A stretch of DNA of 64,000 nt from Oligoflexales bacterium (GTDB taxonomy: Bacteria; Bdellovibrionota_B; Oligoflexia; Oligoflexales; CAIYRB01), in assembly GCA_041736175.1 (NCBI GenBank), contig JBGSUI010000218.1, positions 1 to 64,000 on the forward strand, written 5' to 3'. Shown here one piece after another: positions 8,365-17,155 of the stretch. The stretch's first letter is position 1. Every line of letters begins with the position of its first letter. The translations under genes were made by a program, and so were the position numbers. The notes under the pieces were generated by a model. That model was not told the DNA's origin, did no database searches, and worked only from the letters and a program-made list of their open reading frames with translations.

Positions 8365-10509
8365 CTGACAAACTCTCAATACCGAATCAACCACGATATT
8401 GACGAAGCCAATTTGCGGTATTTTCGCAATTTGTTTTTCCTCGCTTCTTTCGCTTACCCTGGCTGGTATTTTATCCTCATGGCCCTCGACACTAACGCTC
8501 GGGACTCTTTGAAACAGCGAGCCGTGATTGGATTTGTGGTTCTCCTCGGCAATTTATATACTTTTTCGCCAAAAGTTAATCTTAAACATATTTATTCACT
8601 GTATTTTTTCTATTCAGTCCTTATCAGCGGACATATCTTTTATCTCGTGATCCTCAACGACTTTTCAAGCCTTTATCAAATCGTCAATATTGTGGCCTTT
8701 GCCTGTATAGCTGCAAGTATGAATAGCCCCAAACTCCTTGGTTCCTTCATCCTTGCGAACATCGTCATGGTCCTCTCGATGACGGCAATATCTGGGTCGA
8801 CGGGACCCTCACTCCTACTCATAGCAGTCATGATTACGCTGGGAACGATTTTTTGGCCGCCCCTATCTATGCGCATCAAATTCCTTGATCGCCTCTTAAG
8901 TATGCGCCGCGAGCTGGATCTTATCGTTTCTAACGCCGCTGCGGGAATCATCACCCTCGACTCCGCTGCCAGGATCACCAGCGCCAACAGCCAGGCACAC
9001 CAGATCTTTGGCTACCAAAATCTAAAGACCAACACCAAGACAGCTTTTGACCTGATTCACCCGTTACAAAAAAACGAGATTCAATCCCACATCACGAATT
9101 TTCTAGCGGGATTAGATGCTCCCCAGGAGTTTATCGCTCTCAATATTAAAGCTGATCGCACGCCAATCTGGACTCGCTACCGCCTCAGTCCCATACTAGA
9201 CCGAGGTGTCTCGACTGGCTGCATCATTGTGGTGATCGATGTCACCACCGAACAAGAAGCAAACTCAATTATTTTAGCCCAAAAGCATCTTCTAGAAACC
9301 TTAGTATCAATTACAAACTTAGGCGAATTTGCAAAAAACACCTGTATGGTGATTCATAAAAACCTCAACTTATCGCCTTGTTTTTTATGGCGACCCTCAC
9401 TCACAGGAACTGGTTATGAAATCATGGGTCAATACCCCTCACAGAGTAGTACAAACCTACCCCTCAGCGAATCACACTTAAATGCAGTTGTCTTTCAACT
9501 GCAGAAGCAAGGTCATCACAGTGTGGAATTCATCACCGAGGTCCTCAAGGAAGAAACCGAGATTTCTCCAGGTCAACCCCTTAGGGGGCACCTTGGTGTC
9601 TGGCATAGGTTGGTCAGAAATCAAAATCATGAATCTGAGGGTTATCTAACCATTTTTCGCCTCAACGCCGACACTCCTAGTCACCACGAATTCAAGATCG
9701 TTGAATCCTGCCTCGATCTTTTTTTGGTAGGCTTGGATAAAATCAATGCAAATACTACGATTCTCTCTCAGCAAACCCAAATCACCCAGTCAGCAAAAAT
9801 GGCTTCTTTAGGCGAAATGGCTGGCGGGATTGCCCATGAGATTAATAACCCCCTCGCCATCCTACGCGGGCGATTTGAACAACTCCGCTCCGTTCTCAAT
9901 CATCCTGAAATCAATCGGGATATGGCCCTGAAATTTTGCGAAAGCGGCGTGCAGATGACAGACCGCCTAAAGCGGATCATCCAAGGCTTACGGCAATTCT
10001 CCCGTGATGGCGCCCAAGATCCCATGGTCCCGGTCAAATTGACAGATATCATCAACGATACATTGGTTTTTTGCAGTGAGAAATTTAAAACCAGGGGAAT
10101 TCAGCTCGAAGTTCCCGAAATCCCCCCTGACCTCAGCATCGCTGGCCGCCATACTCAAATCTCACAAGTGATCCTCAACCTCCTTAACAACGCGTTTGAT
10201 GCGGTGTGCAACCTTTCCGACAAATGGGTGAAACTCCAAGTAGTCCTTCCTGAGGGACAGCCAAATATTTGTAAAATCCTGGTGACCGATAGCGGCCCTG
10301 GGATCAGCAAGGAAACCGCTGACAAACTCTTTCAACCGTTTTTTACCACCAAGGGCGTCGGCCAGGGGACCGGCTTGGGTCTGAGCATCTCACTGGGGAT
10401 TATAAAAGATCACGGAGGTGTTTTAACCTACGATCGCAGCTGTCCCAACACCCGGTTTGTAATTGACCTACCGCTTCTTGTGGCAAACTCCCAAAAGTTA
10501 GTGGCATAG
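8365..10509 (+). CDS. Membrane PAS sensor histidine kinase (NtrB-like); probable CTG start
   Basis: About 6 TM helices, PAS domain, AHEINNPL H-box, N/G1/F/G2 boxes. AGGAGG lies 6 nt before the in-frame CTG at 8365; the ORF track starts at 8275. Confidence 0.9.
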   Translation: MTNSQYRINHDIDEANLRYFRNLFFLASFAYPGWYFILMALDTNARDSLKQRAVIGFVVLLGNLYTFSPKVNLKHIYSLYFFYSVLISGHIFYLVILNDFSSLYQIVNIVAFACIAASMNSPKLLGSFILANIVMVLSMTAISGSTGPSLLLIAVMITLGTIFWPPLSMRIKFLDRLLSMRRELDLIVSNAAAGIITLDSAARITSANSQAHQIFGYQNLKTNTKTAFDLIHPLQKNEIQSHITNFLAGLDAPQEFIALNIKADRTPIWTRYRLSPILDRGVSTGCIIVVIDVTTEQEANSIILAQKHLLETLVSITNLGEFAKNTCMVIHKNLNLSPCFLWRPSLTGTGYEIMGQYPSQSSTNLPLSESHLNAVVFQLQKQGHHSVEFITEVLKEETEISPGQPLRGHLGVWHRLVRNQNHESEGYLTIFRLNADTPSHHEFKIVESCLDLFLVGLDKINANTTILSQQTQITQSAKMASLGEMAGGIAHEINNPLAILRGRFEQLRSVLNHPEINRDMALKFCESGVQMTDRLKRIIQGLRQFSRDGAQDPMVPVKLTDIINDTLVFCSEKFKTRGIQLEVPEIPPDLSIAGRHTQISQVILNLLNNAFDAVCNLSDKWVKLQVVLPEGQPNICKILVTDSGPGISKETADKLFQPFFTTKGVGQGTGLGLSISLGIIKDHGGVLTYDRSCPNTRFVIDLPLLVANSQKLVA

Positions 10510-11292
10510 AAGTCTGAGAGCGGTCTCTGGGTCAGCAGAGGTCACGAGGGACTCCCCAACCAAAAAAGCGGAGTATCCAATTTTTCGCATTCTTTGGATA
10601 TCCTCTCTTTTTTTGATTCCAGACTCACAGACGGCGAACCGCTGGAGACCGCCAGGGGCGGGCGACTGGAGGATTTTGGGAGCCGCCTTTTCGCCTATGG
10701 CCAAATCTACCGAAAAATCCCGGAGACTCCGATTGTTGACGCCAATGATTAGACCGGAGGTGCCAAGTGCATCTTCTAAGTCCTCAGGCGTATGTGACTC
10801 CACCAAAGGCTCCATGCCTAAAGACCGACCGATCAGAATAAATTCTTCCAAAGTCGCCCGATCAAGAGTCCCCGCTATCAACAAAAAACTATCTGCTCCT
10901 GCAGCGCGAGCTTCGTAAATCTGATAGGAATCAATGATAAAATCCTTGCGCATCACTGGAATATCGACCACCTGAGCCACGGCTGAGAGATGGTTGAGAG
11001 ACCCTCCAAAATAGGTTTCATCTGTCAAGACAGAGATCGCTCTGGCTCCCCCCCGTTGGTAGGACTGTGCCAAGTTAGCTGGGTCATAGTGGGTTAAAAA
11101 GGTCCCCTTAGAGGGTGATTTTTGTTTACATTCAGCAATAATCGCCAGGGGGCTCGATCGTAGGGATTCGAGCATATTTCGAGCAGGTTTCTGGATTTGG
11201 GCCTGATGTTTGATCAGGTCAAGAGTCTTCACGGTTTTGGCCAGGGAGACTTCGCTGCCTTTGGTTTTTAAAATCTGACTTAGGAGGTCCAT
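10498..11292 (-). CDS. trpC: Indole-3-glycerol phosphate synthase
   Basis: IAECKQKSPSKG, SVLTD, RKDFI, GVNNR and ESGI motifs. Confidence 0.96.
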   Translation of the reverse strand: MDLLSQILKTKGSEVSLAKTVKTLDLIKHQAQIQKPARNMLESLRSSPLAIIAECKQKSPSKGTFLTHYDPANLAQSYQRGGARAISVLTDETYFGGSLNHLSAVAQVVDIPVMRKDFIIDSYQIYEARAAGADSFLLIAGTLDRATLEEFILIGRSLGMEPLVESHTPEDLEDALGTSGLIIGVNNRSLRDFSVDLAIGEKAAPKILQSPAPGGLQRFAVCESGIKKREDIQRMRKIGYSAFLVGESLVTSADPETALRLLCH

Positions 11293-11295
11293 AGG

Positions 11296-12369
11296 TTATT
11301 TCTCTTTGGCTTTCTTTGTAACAAGATTTTGGGCCGACTTTATCCAATGGTTTAAAAAAGCCTTGGAGCTTCCGTCTCTCAGGACCTGTAAAGCCCGTTG
11401 ATAACCCTCACCCAGATCTGGTCGGTGACCTGTCAGCCAAATAAGGGCCCCTGCATTGAGAGAGACCACTTGGGCTAACGCTGGGTGACGCCCTGACAAA
11501 AGCTGGTCCATCAAGTGAGCGTTCATATGGGCATCCCCACCTTTGAGATCTTCAAGGGTTGCTGTGATGCTGTAATCTTTTGGGTCAATCACAATTGGTT
11601 GAATCTGGCCGTGCTTTACCAGACACCCATCCGTGATCGCTACGGGGCTGATCTCGTCAAGCCCATCACGACTGTGAACCACTAGACCCCCTTGCACCCC
11701 AAGGGAGACCAAGGCCTCAGCCACTGGACCCAAATTGGCGGCTTGGCTAACTCCTAATACCTGAAAATCTGGTTTTAAGGGATTGGCCAAGGGACCTAAG
11801 ATATTAAACAGGGTCGGGATCCCTAAGCCGCGGCGGACGGGGGCTAGGCGTTTAAGGGCTGGGTGAAAGAGCGGAGCAAAAAAGAAGGTCAAGCCGGTTT
11901 GTTGGAGTAGGGCGACGGCCTGGTCAACCTCTAAGGCTTCTGGAAAACCCAAAGCAAAGAGCAGGTCCGCTGAGCCACAAAGGCTGGTGACACTCCGATT
12001 GCCATGCTTTGCAATCTTCACCCCCGCCGCAGCGGCAACAATCGCCGAAGCCGTAGAGATATTAAAGCTCTGTGAGCCATCTCCTCCGGTGCCACAATTG
12101 TCAGCAAAAGGCCTTAAACCAACCCCTAAGGCCTGGGTCGGAGTCACCGCCAATTCCCTTAAGACCCTCGCTCCAGCACTAAGAAGGGACCCAGTGAGCG
12201 GCAGAAACCTAAGTCCCACCAGAAATCCCGCTGCTTGGTAGTCATTCCAATCGCCATTGAGGAGGCTGCGGAATGCCGACTCAAAGTCTTGGGCTTTCAA
12301 GCCTTCACCGCTTGTCAGGTGTTCCATAAAGGGCTTGTATTCGAATATGGGATGTATATCGGGGGCCAT
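11296..12369 (-). CDS. trpD: Anthranilate phosphoribosyltransferase
   Basis: GTGGDG, FNIST, KHGNRS and GLDEIS motifs. Confidence 0.96.
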   Translation of the reverse strand: MAPDIHPIFEYKPFMEHLTSGEGLKAQDFESAFRSLLNGDWNDYQAAGFLVGLRFLPLTGSLLSAGARVLRELAVTPTQALGVGLRPFADNCGTGGDGSQSFNISTASAIVAAAAGVKIAKHGNRSVTSLCGSADLLFALGFPEALEVDQAVALLQQTGLTFFFAPLFHPALKRLAPVRRGLGIPTLFNILGPLANPLKPDFQVLGVSQAANLGPVAEALVSLGVQGGLVVHSRDGLDEISPVAITDGCLVKHGQIQPIVIDPKDYSITATLEDLKGGDAHMNAHLMDQLLSGRHPALAQVVSLNAGALIWLTGHRPDLGEGYQRALQVLRDGSSKAFLNHWIKSAQNLVTKKAKEK

Positions 12370-12485
12370 GGGGACAGTGCTCCTAAAGCGGGGGAAGCAA
12401 CGGATCTGTTTACGTATCTCCAGGTAAAGACTCGCTAAAGAAGCGCTCTTTCAGTCAAACAATAACCCAAAAGTGGCCACTTGTC

Positions 12486-12513
12486 TAAAGTCTAGACATC
12501 TAACTTCCGAAGC
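12486..12513 (+). promoter_or_regulatory. sigma28-like promoter
   Basis: TAAAG-N15-TCCGAAGC. Confidence 0.5.
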
Positions 12514-12570
12514 AGCTTAAGAGTCTTCTCGCCACAACACCCACACTGCCCCATTCTTCACCTCCATTTT

Positions 12571-13482
12571 ATGAAGGCATCCCCTATGCTCAAGGATCAT
12601 CGATATTTGTTTAAAAATGCCGTGATTTCAGGTTTTCTGTTGGTGTTTTCCCAAAATCTTTTAGCAGTCAGTCCCACATGGAAGGCCGTGCGGGACCGAG
12701 ATAACCCCACCCTTTTTCCCCTCACCCAAATTTTAGAAACTCCTAATCAAAAAAAATTTGTCATCATAGCCGGCGGTAGCAATGCTGGTATCATGAGGGG
12801 GATGACGCTGCACACCCTACGTGCAGCGCCAGGGGCGCTGTTGGAGGGAGCCTCCTTTAAATTTCTACCCTACCAACCGCCCAAGGCGCTCCCCGCCACA
12901 AGCGCCGAAAAAATCCTTTGGATCCAGACGGGCGCACTTAAGGCCATCGAGGTGCAGCAGCAGTATACAGTCGCCCAAGTCGTCGCCCAAGGATCTGATT
13001 TAGCATCGGCTTTTTTTCCAGAGTTTCCTGGAATCATGGTCGGTGACTTAGCCACCATACCCGAGCTTCGCCTCAGCCGCACACCTACGATTGTGCCGAC
13101 GATCAATCTTAGCTACTTTGAACTTTTCGAAGACCCCAAGGGCAAACCCGCGACCTTCGAACTCTCTGCCTCAGGCCTCGGGAGGCTTCGAGAGGCAGCC
13201 AGGGAAATCTCTGCTGCCAAGCTCTCGCTCTTGATGATCGAAGGTTATACTGACCACCATGGATCTGCAGAAGAAAACCAAAGGGAATCACACCAAAGAG
13301 CCATCACCGTCCGACAGATCCTTATCGACGAATTTGGATTCGATCCCAGCCGACTCATTGCCGTCGGCTACGGAGAGTTAGAGCCTGTCGACGATGCGAT
13401 GGTTCCTGGATACCAGGAGCGAAACCGCCGTATCGTCCTTAAACCAGTGTCTGTGGGTGACAGCCTACCACCCATTAAATAG
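12571..13482 (+). CDS. Secreted protein with a C-terminal OmpA/MotB-like peptidoglycan-binding domain
   Basis: Signal peptide; IEGYTD...S..RA..V...GYGE..P...NRRI. Confidence 0.85.
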   Translation: MKASPMLKDHRYLFKNAVISGFLLVFSQNLLAVSPTWKAVRDRDNPTLFPLTQILETPNQKKFVIIAGGSNAGIMRGMTLHTLRAAPGALLEGASFKFLPYQPPKALPATSAEKILWIQTGALKAIEVQQQYTVAQVVAQGSDLASAFFPEFPGIMVGDLATIPELRLSRTPTIVPTINLSYFELFEDPKGKPATFELSASGLGRLREAAREISAAKLSLLMIEGYTDHHGSAEENQRESHQRAITVRQILIDEFGFDPSRLIAVGYGELEPVDDAMVPGYQERNRRIVLKPVSVGDSLPPIK

Positions 13483-13487
13483 ATCGG

Positions 13488-13988
13488 CTAAGGCTGGGCA
13501 TTGTCAGCGTCAAAACATTTAACGATTTGGCATTGGTTACCCGCCTTTTGGACGGAGCAAAATCTCATCGCTCTGGTTTGTGCGTCCTTGTGATTTTTAC
13601 CTGAACGTATCCACGTCCGCCCTCGGAGAGAGGGACCCAGGTTTTCGGAGACCTGACAGGCCCAGCCTCGCTTTACCATCTGCCCGTATGCGGTGGTTTG
13701 GTCGTCGTACCACCTTTTGACTACGCATTCAGGTCCGTCACTCCCCGAGCCCCCTTTAAGAAAGCAGTCATCTAAGGCGCCTTGGCAGGCAACATTCAAA
13801 TCATTAGCAGACCGAGTCGATTCTCTCAAAGTAGCCAAATCCCTAGTTTCACAAGTAAAGATCACTTTTAACTGTCTCTCTGAAGGAGCCGACTCATCGG
13901 TATAGGTATTTTTTTTGGACATCGATAAACAACTAACCAACAATAGTGCAAAAAAACTATACATATGTTTGGGAAATAGACGCTGCAT
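13488..13988 (-). CDS. Small Cys-rich lipoprotein (DUF4189-like repeats)
   Basis: Lipobox LLVSC; A...A...C......C.(I/V) motif twice. The start is uncertain (ORF open to 14084). Confidence 0.6.
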   Translation of the reverse strand: MQRLFPKHMYSFFALLLVSCLSMSKKNTYTDESAPSERQLKVIFTCETRDLATLRESTRSANDLNVACQGALDDCFLKGGSGSDGPECVVKRWYDDQTTAYGQMVKRGWACQVSENLGPSLRGRTWIRSGKNHKDAQTRAMRFCSVQKAGNQCQIVKCFDADNAQP

Positions 13989-14121
13989 GGACCCGGTTAC
14001 TTTCACAATCATGGGGGACTTTACACCAGAGACCGCGGAATGAACACCCGCAAGGTCTCTTATGCAAAAGTAAGACCTTAGCAAGGTACCTTGTTGTTAC
14101 GGGTGCAGGTGAGGCCTATGC

Positions 14122-14955
14122 TTACTCTTCTTCATCTTTAGAAGTCGTTTTCTTGGCCTTAGTCGTTGTCGCCTTACTTGTCGCCTTTTTAGTGCTAGTC
14201 GCTGCTTTTTTGGTGTCCACACAGTTGTCAGCTTTGGTCGCAGTAGCCTTTTTTACAGTCTTTGGAGTTTCTTCTTCCTCTTCCTCTTCCTCCTCAACTT
14301 CCTTTGTTAGGATCTCTTTAGCGGCACTAGTACTAGTACTGGTGTTTGTTGCTGTTTGGGTACCAGTCGCTCCAGTCGACGGAGGCGGGCCTTGGAGAAA
14401 GCCTCCCGTTTCCCAATCGAGCAAGAGTTGCTTTTGAGCTGCCGTAAGGCTTGCTGTCCCTATGGGCATCTTACTTGTTTTGGTCGATGCAACAGATGCT
14501 GCAGCATGAGCTGAGATTTCAGCCCAAGTCTCTAGGGGAGGGAAAGTCCCTTTGGAAGTATGACATCCTGTAACGCAGGTCGGCACCCAAAAGGATTTTA
14601 TGTCTTTTTCGTAAGTCACCCCACCTGTTGTGGTGGATGTGGACGTCGCAGTCCCCGTGTTCTGAAGGTTAAATGCCAGCTTTGTTGTCTTTTTGGATTT
14701 TGCGGGCTTGACCTCCTCTTCCTCTTCCACTTCCGCTTCTGCATCGTCAACTTCCTCATCTTTTTTAGATGTTGTGGCTTTTTTGGCTGTTTTGCTTGTC
14801 GAAACTTTCTCCTCTGCGCATAAATCAGAAGCACTCGATTGGGGTTTAGATTTCTTTTTTTCCCCACAGGCTGAAACCAACATCCCCAGTGATGATATAA
14901 AAACCATTAATTTGGTCGTCCTTTGAGCCGAGAAGATTACTTTTTTATTTAGCAC
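14122..14955 (-). CDS. Lipoprotein with a cytochrome-c-like domain (CX3CH) between low-complexity K/T/E tracts
   Basis: GGAGG RBS, lipobox LVSAC, and TYEKDIK...CVTGCH...KMP...LT......LLDW..GG. Confidence 0.75.
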   Translation of the reverse strand: MLNKKVIFSAQRTTKLMVFISSLGMLVSACGEKKKSKPQSSASDLCAEEKVSTSKTAKKATTSKKDEEVDDAEAEVEEEEEVKPAKSKKTTKLAFNLQNTGTATSTSTTTGGVTYEKDIKSFWVPTCVTGCHTSKGTFPPLETWAEISAHAAASVASTKTSKMPIGTASLTAAQKQLLLDWETGGFLQGPPPSTGATGTQTATNTSTSTSAAKEILTKEVEEEEEEEEETPKTVKKATATKADNCVDTKKAATSTKKATSKATTTKAKKTTSKDEEE

Positions 14956-14987
14956 GTTGTTCCCTCCTGTAAGATTGTCTTACGAAC

Positions 14988-15015
14988 TATTCGGACTTTT
15001 AAGGAACAGGCTTAA
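14988..15015 (-). promoter_or_regulatory. sigma28-like promoter
   Basis: TTAAG-N15-TCCGAATA on the minus strand. Confidence 0.6.
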
Positions 15016-15185
15016 AGTAATTCTTCAACATACTAAATTATATAAATTATTTAAGTTTAATTGACGATCATCCTTTAAAATCACTCCCATCAAAGATTAC
15101 CCAAATTAGGACTTTTTCATTTTATAAATAAACTAAACATTTTCGACACTTCGAAACAATTCCAAAAATAATATATATTTTTTGT

Positions 15186-15212
15186 TTAAGTTTTTTTGGA
15201 GAAAGCCGAATT
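15186..15212 (+). promoter_or_regulatory. sigma28 (FliA) promoter of flagellin
   Basis: TTAA-N15-GCCGAATT upstream of fliC. Confidence 0.75.
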
Positions 15213-15283
15213 TTTTTTGAACACAAAACTACAATAAATTTATAAGTTCACCTACAAATGAGATTCTAAAGGAGCATATCACC

Positions 15284-16168
15284 ATGGGTCTACGCATCCG
15301 CACTAATATCGCCTCAGTCAACGCTCAAAGACAGTTGGGTCTCTCCACAGCTGCGACCAGTGAGAATATGGCGAAACTCTCCAGTGGATATCGCATCAAT
15401 AAAGCTGCTGATGATGCCGCAGGCCTCGCTGTTTCCGAAACCATGCGCGCCAAGGTCCAAAGCTTTAAACAAGCCCAACGTAATGCTATGGACGGTATCT
15501 CTCTCGTCCAAACAGCAGAGGGCTCCATGAACGAAATCACCAATATCTTGATACGCCTTAGAGAACTCGCCACCCAGTCAGCGTCAGATACCATCGGCAA
15601 CACAGAGCGAAGTTTTACCAACCGAGAATACGTTCAACTCGTCAGCGAAATCGACCGGATTGCCAAAACCACGTCCTTTAACGGAACCCCACTCCTTAGC
15701 GGCCAAGAAGCCGTTTCAGACCCCACCATGTTTACCATCCACGTAGGAGCCGGAGATGGAAAAATCGAGAATACCGATACCATCCAGATCGGAGTTGAGA
15801 CCCTAGCTATTTCGCCAGAAAAACTGGGCCTTAATCTAGAGTCCGAAATTGGACCGGTCAGTCCTGGAGAAGAATTTCTCCGGGAAACCGCCGCTGAAAA
15901 GCTGACCGTTTTGGACCAAGCACTCCAGCAAGTCGCCGGTAGTCGATCCTACCTCGGAGCCCAACAGAGCCGGCTCAATTCCACGATAAACAATATCGGA
16001 GTCCAAATAGAAAATTTACAGTCTGCCAATAGCCGGATTAGAGACGTAGACTTTGCACAAGAAACCGCATCGTTTGCCCAAAACAGAATCCTGCAACAAT
16101 CCGGTGCCGCGGTCCTCGCTCAAGCTAATTCTATGCCTGAACTGGCGCTTTCTCTTATTCGCAATTAA
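15284..16168 (+). CDS. fliC: Flagellin (short, D0/D1 type)
   Basis: LSSGYRINKAADDAAGL N-terminus and SRIRDVDFA...ILQQSG C-terminus. Confidence 0.98.
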   Translation: MGLRIRTNIASVNAQRQLGLSTAATSENMAKLSSGYRINKAADDAAGLAVSETMRAKVQSFKQAQRNAMDGISLVQTAEGSMNEITNILIRLRELATQSASDTIGNTERSFTNREYVQLVSEIDRIAKTTSFNGTPLLSGQEAVSDPTMFTIHVGAGDGKIENTDTIQIGVETLAISPEKLGLNLESEIGPVSPGEEFLRETAAEKLTVLDQALQQVAGSRSYLGAQQSRLNSTINNIGVQIENLQSANSRIRDVDFAQETASFAQNRILQQSGAAVLAQANSMPELALSLIRN

Positions 16169-16180
16169 GGGGGGAGACAT

Positions 16181-16257
16181 TGGTAGGCCTGGGCGGACTC
16201 GAACCGCCGACCTCTACCTTATCAGGGTAGCGCTCTAACCAGCTGAGCTACAGGCCT
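16181..16257 (-). tRNA. tRNA-Ile (GAT)
   Basis: AGGCCTGTAGCTCAGCTGGTTAGAGCG...CTACC-CTGATAA-GGTAG...GGTTCGAGTCC...CCA; full cloverleaf with encoded CCA. Confidence 0.97.
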
Positions 16258-16336
16258 CTAGCAATGTGGGTGGTGAAAATAAGCTGAGAGGCGGGGTGTG
16301 TCAATCGATTTTTACGAAAACTCTTTGGAACTTTTC

Positions 16337-17155
16337 CTAAGTCTTAGCCTCGCCCAAAATCTGTACCATGGCCTCGATTTGCTGGTCGAGAAATCCCTCG
16401 TCAATATCTGCCACCGACTTGATGACCACATCGGGAGCATAAGCAAATTTTTGGAGATCCGCCTCTTTAGTGCCGCCGGATAATACTAAGATGGTGCGAA
16501 ATCCTAGCTGGTTTCCACCGATGATATCGGTTTCCATGGTATCGCCAATCATGATGGTCTCGGAGCTTCCAAGACCCAAACGTTTTCGGGCAGCCCTAAA
16601 GATCACCGGACTTGGCTTGCCAGGACTAAATGCCTGAAAACCGGTAGCAGCCTCGATAAGCTTGATATAGGCCCCACACCCTGGTCGGGTGCCCCCGTCC
16701 TGGGTCGGACAGTTGGGGTCCATGTTAGTGGCGATCAGTTTGGCCCCGTTGATCACAAAATGCACAGCTTTTTCGATAACTTCGAGATTGAGAGTACGCC
16801 CTTCGCCGACCACCACAAAGTCTGGATGGCTATCGACGATGGCATAACCCACCCGGTCCAAGGCGCTGAGAAGCCCCCCTTCGCCAATCACAAAAGCAGT
16901 CCCACCGGGCTTATGAAGTGCCAAATAAGCAGCGGTAGACATAGCACTGGTAAAAATATGCTCAGGCCCCACATTAAACCCCAACCTCTGGAGTTTGGTC
17001 CCGATATCAATCGGAGTGCGCTGGCTATTATTGGTCAGAAAATTAAAGGGTATCTTTCGTTTGTGCAGCAAATCAATAAACTGAGGAGCACCCGAAATCA
17101 CTTCGCTCCCCCGACTCACAACACCGTCCATATCGATTAAAAATCCAATCCTCAT
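16337..17155 (-). CDS. HAD-IIA family hydrolase (NagD-like)
   Basis: DMDGV, TNNS, GKP and GDTMETDI motifs. Confidence 0.92.
   Translation of the reverse strand: MRIGFLIDMDGVVSRGSEVISGAPQFIDLLHKRKIPFNFLTNNSQRTPIDIGTKLQRLGFNVGPEHIFTSAMSTAAYLALHKPGGTAFVIGEGGLLSALDRVGYAIVDSHPDFVVVGEGRTLNLEVIEKAVHFVINGAKLIATNMDPNCPTQDGGTRPGCGAYIKLIEAATGFQAFSPGKPSPVIFRAARKRLGLGSSETIMIGDTMETDIIGGNQLGFRTILVLSGGTKEADLQKFAYAPDVVIKSVADIDEGFLDQQIEAMVQILGEAKT

Noticed and set aside
13946..14437. Hydrophobic 163-aa plus-strand ORF
   Set aside because: Antisense shadow of the K/T/E low-complexity lipoprotein.
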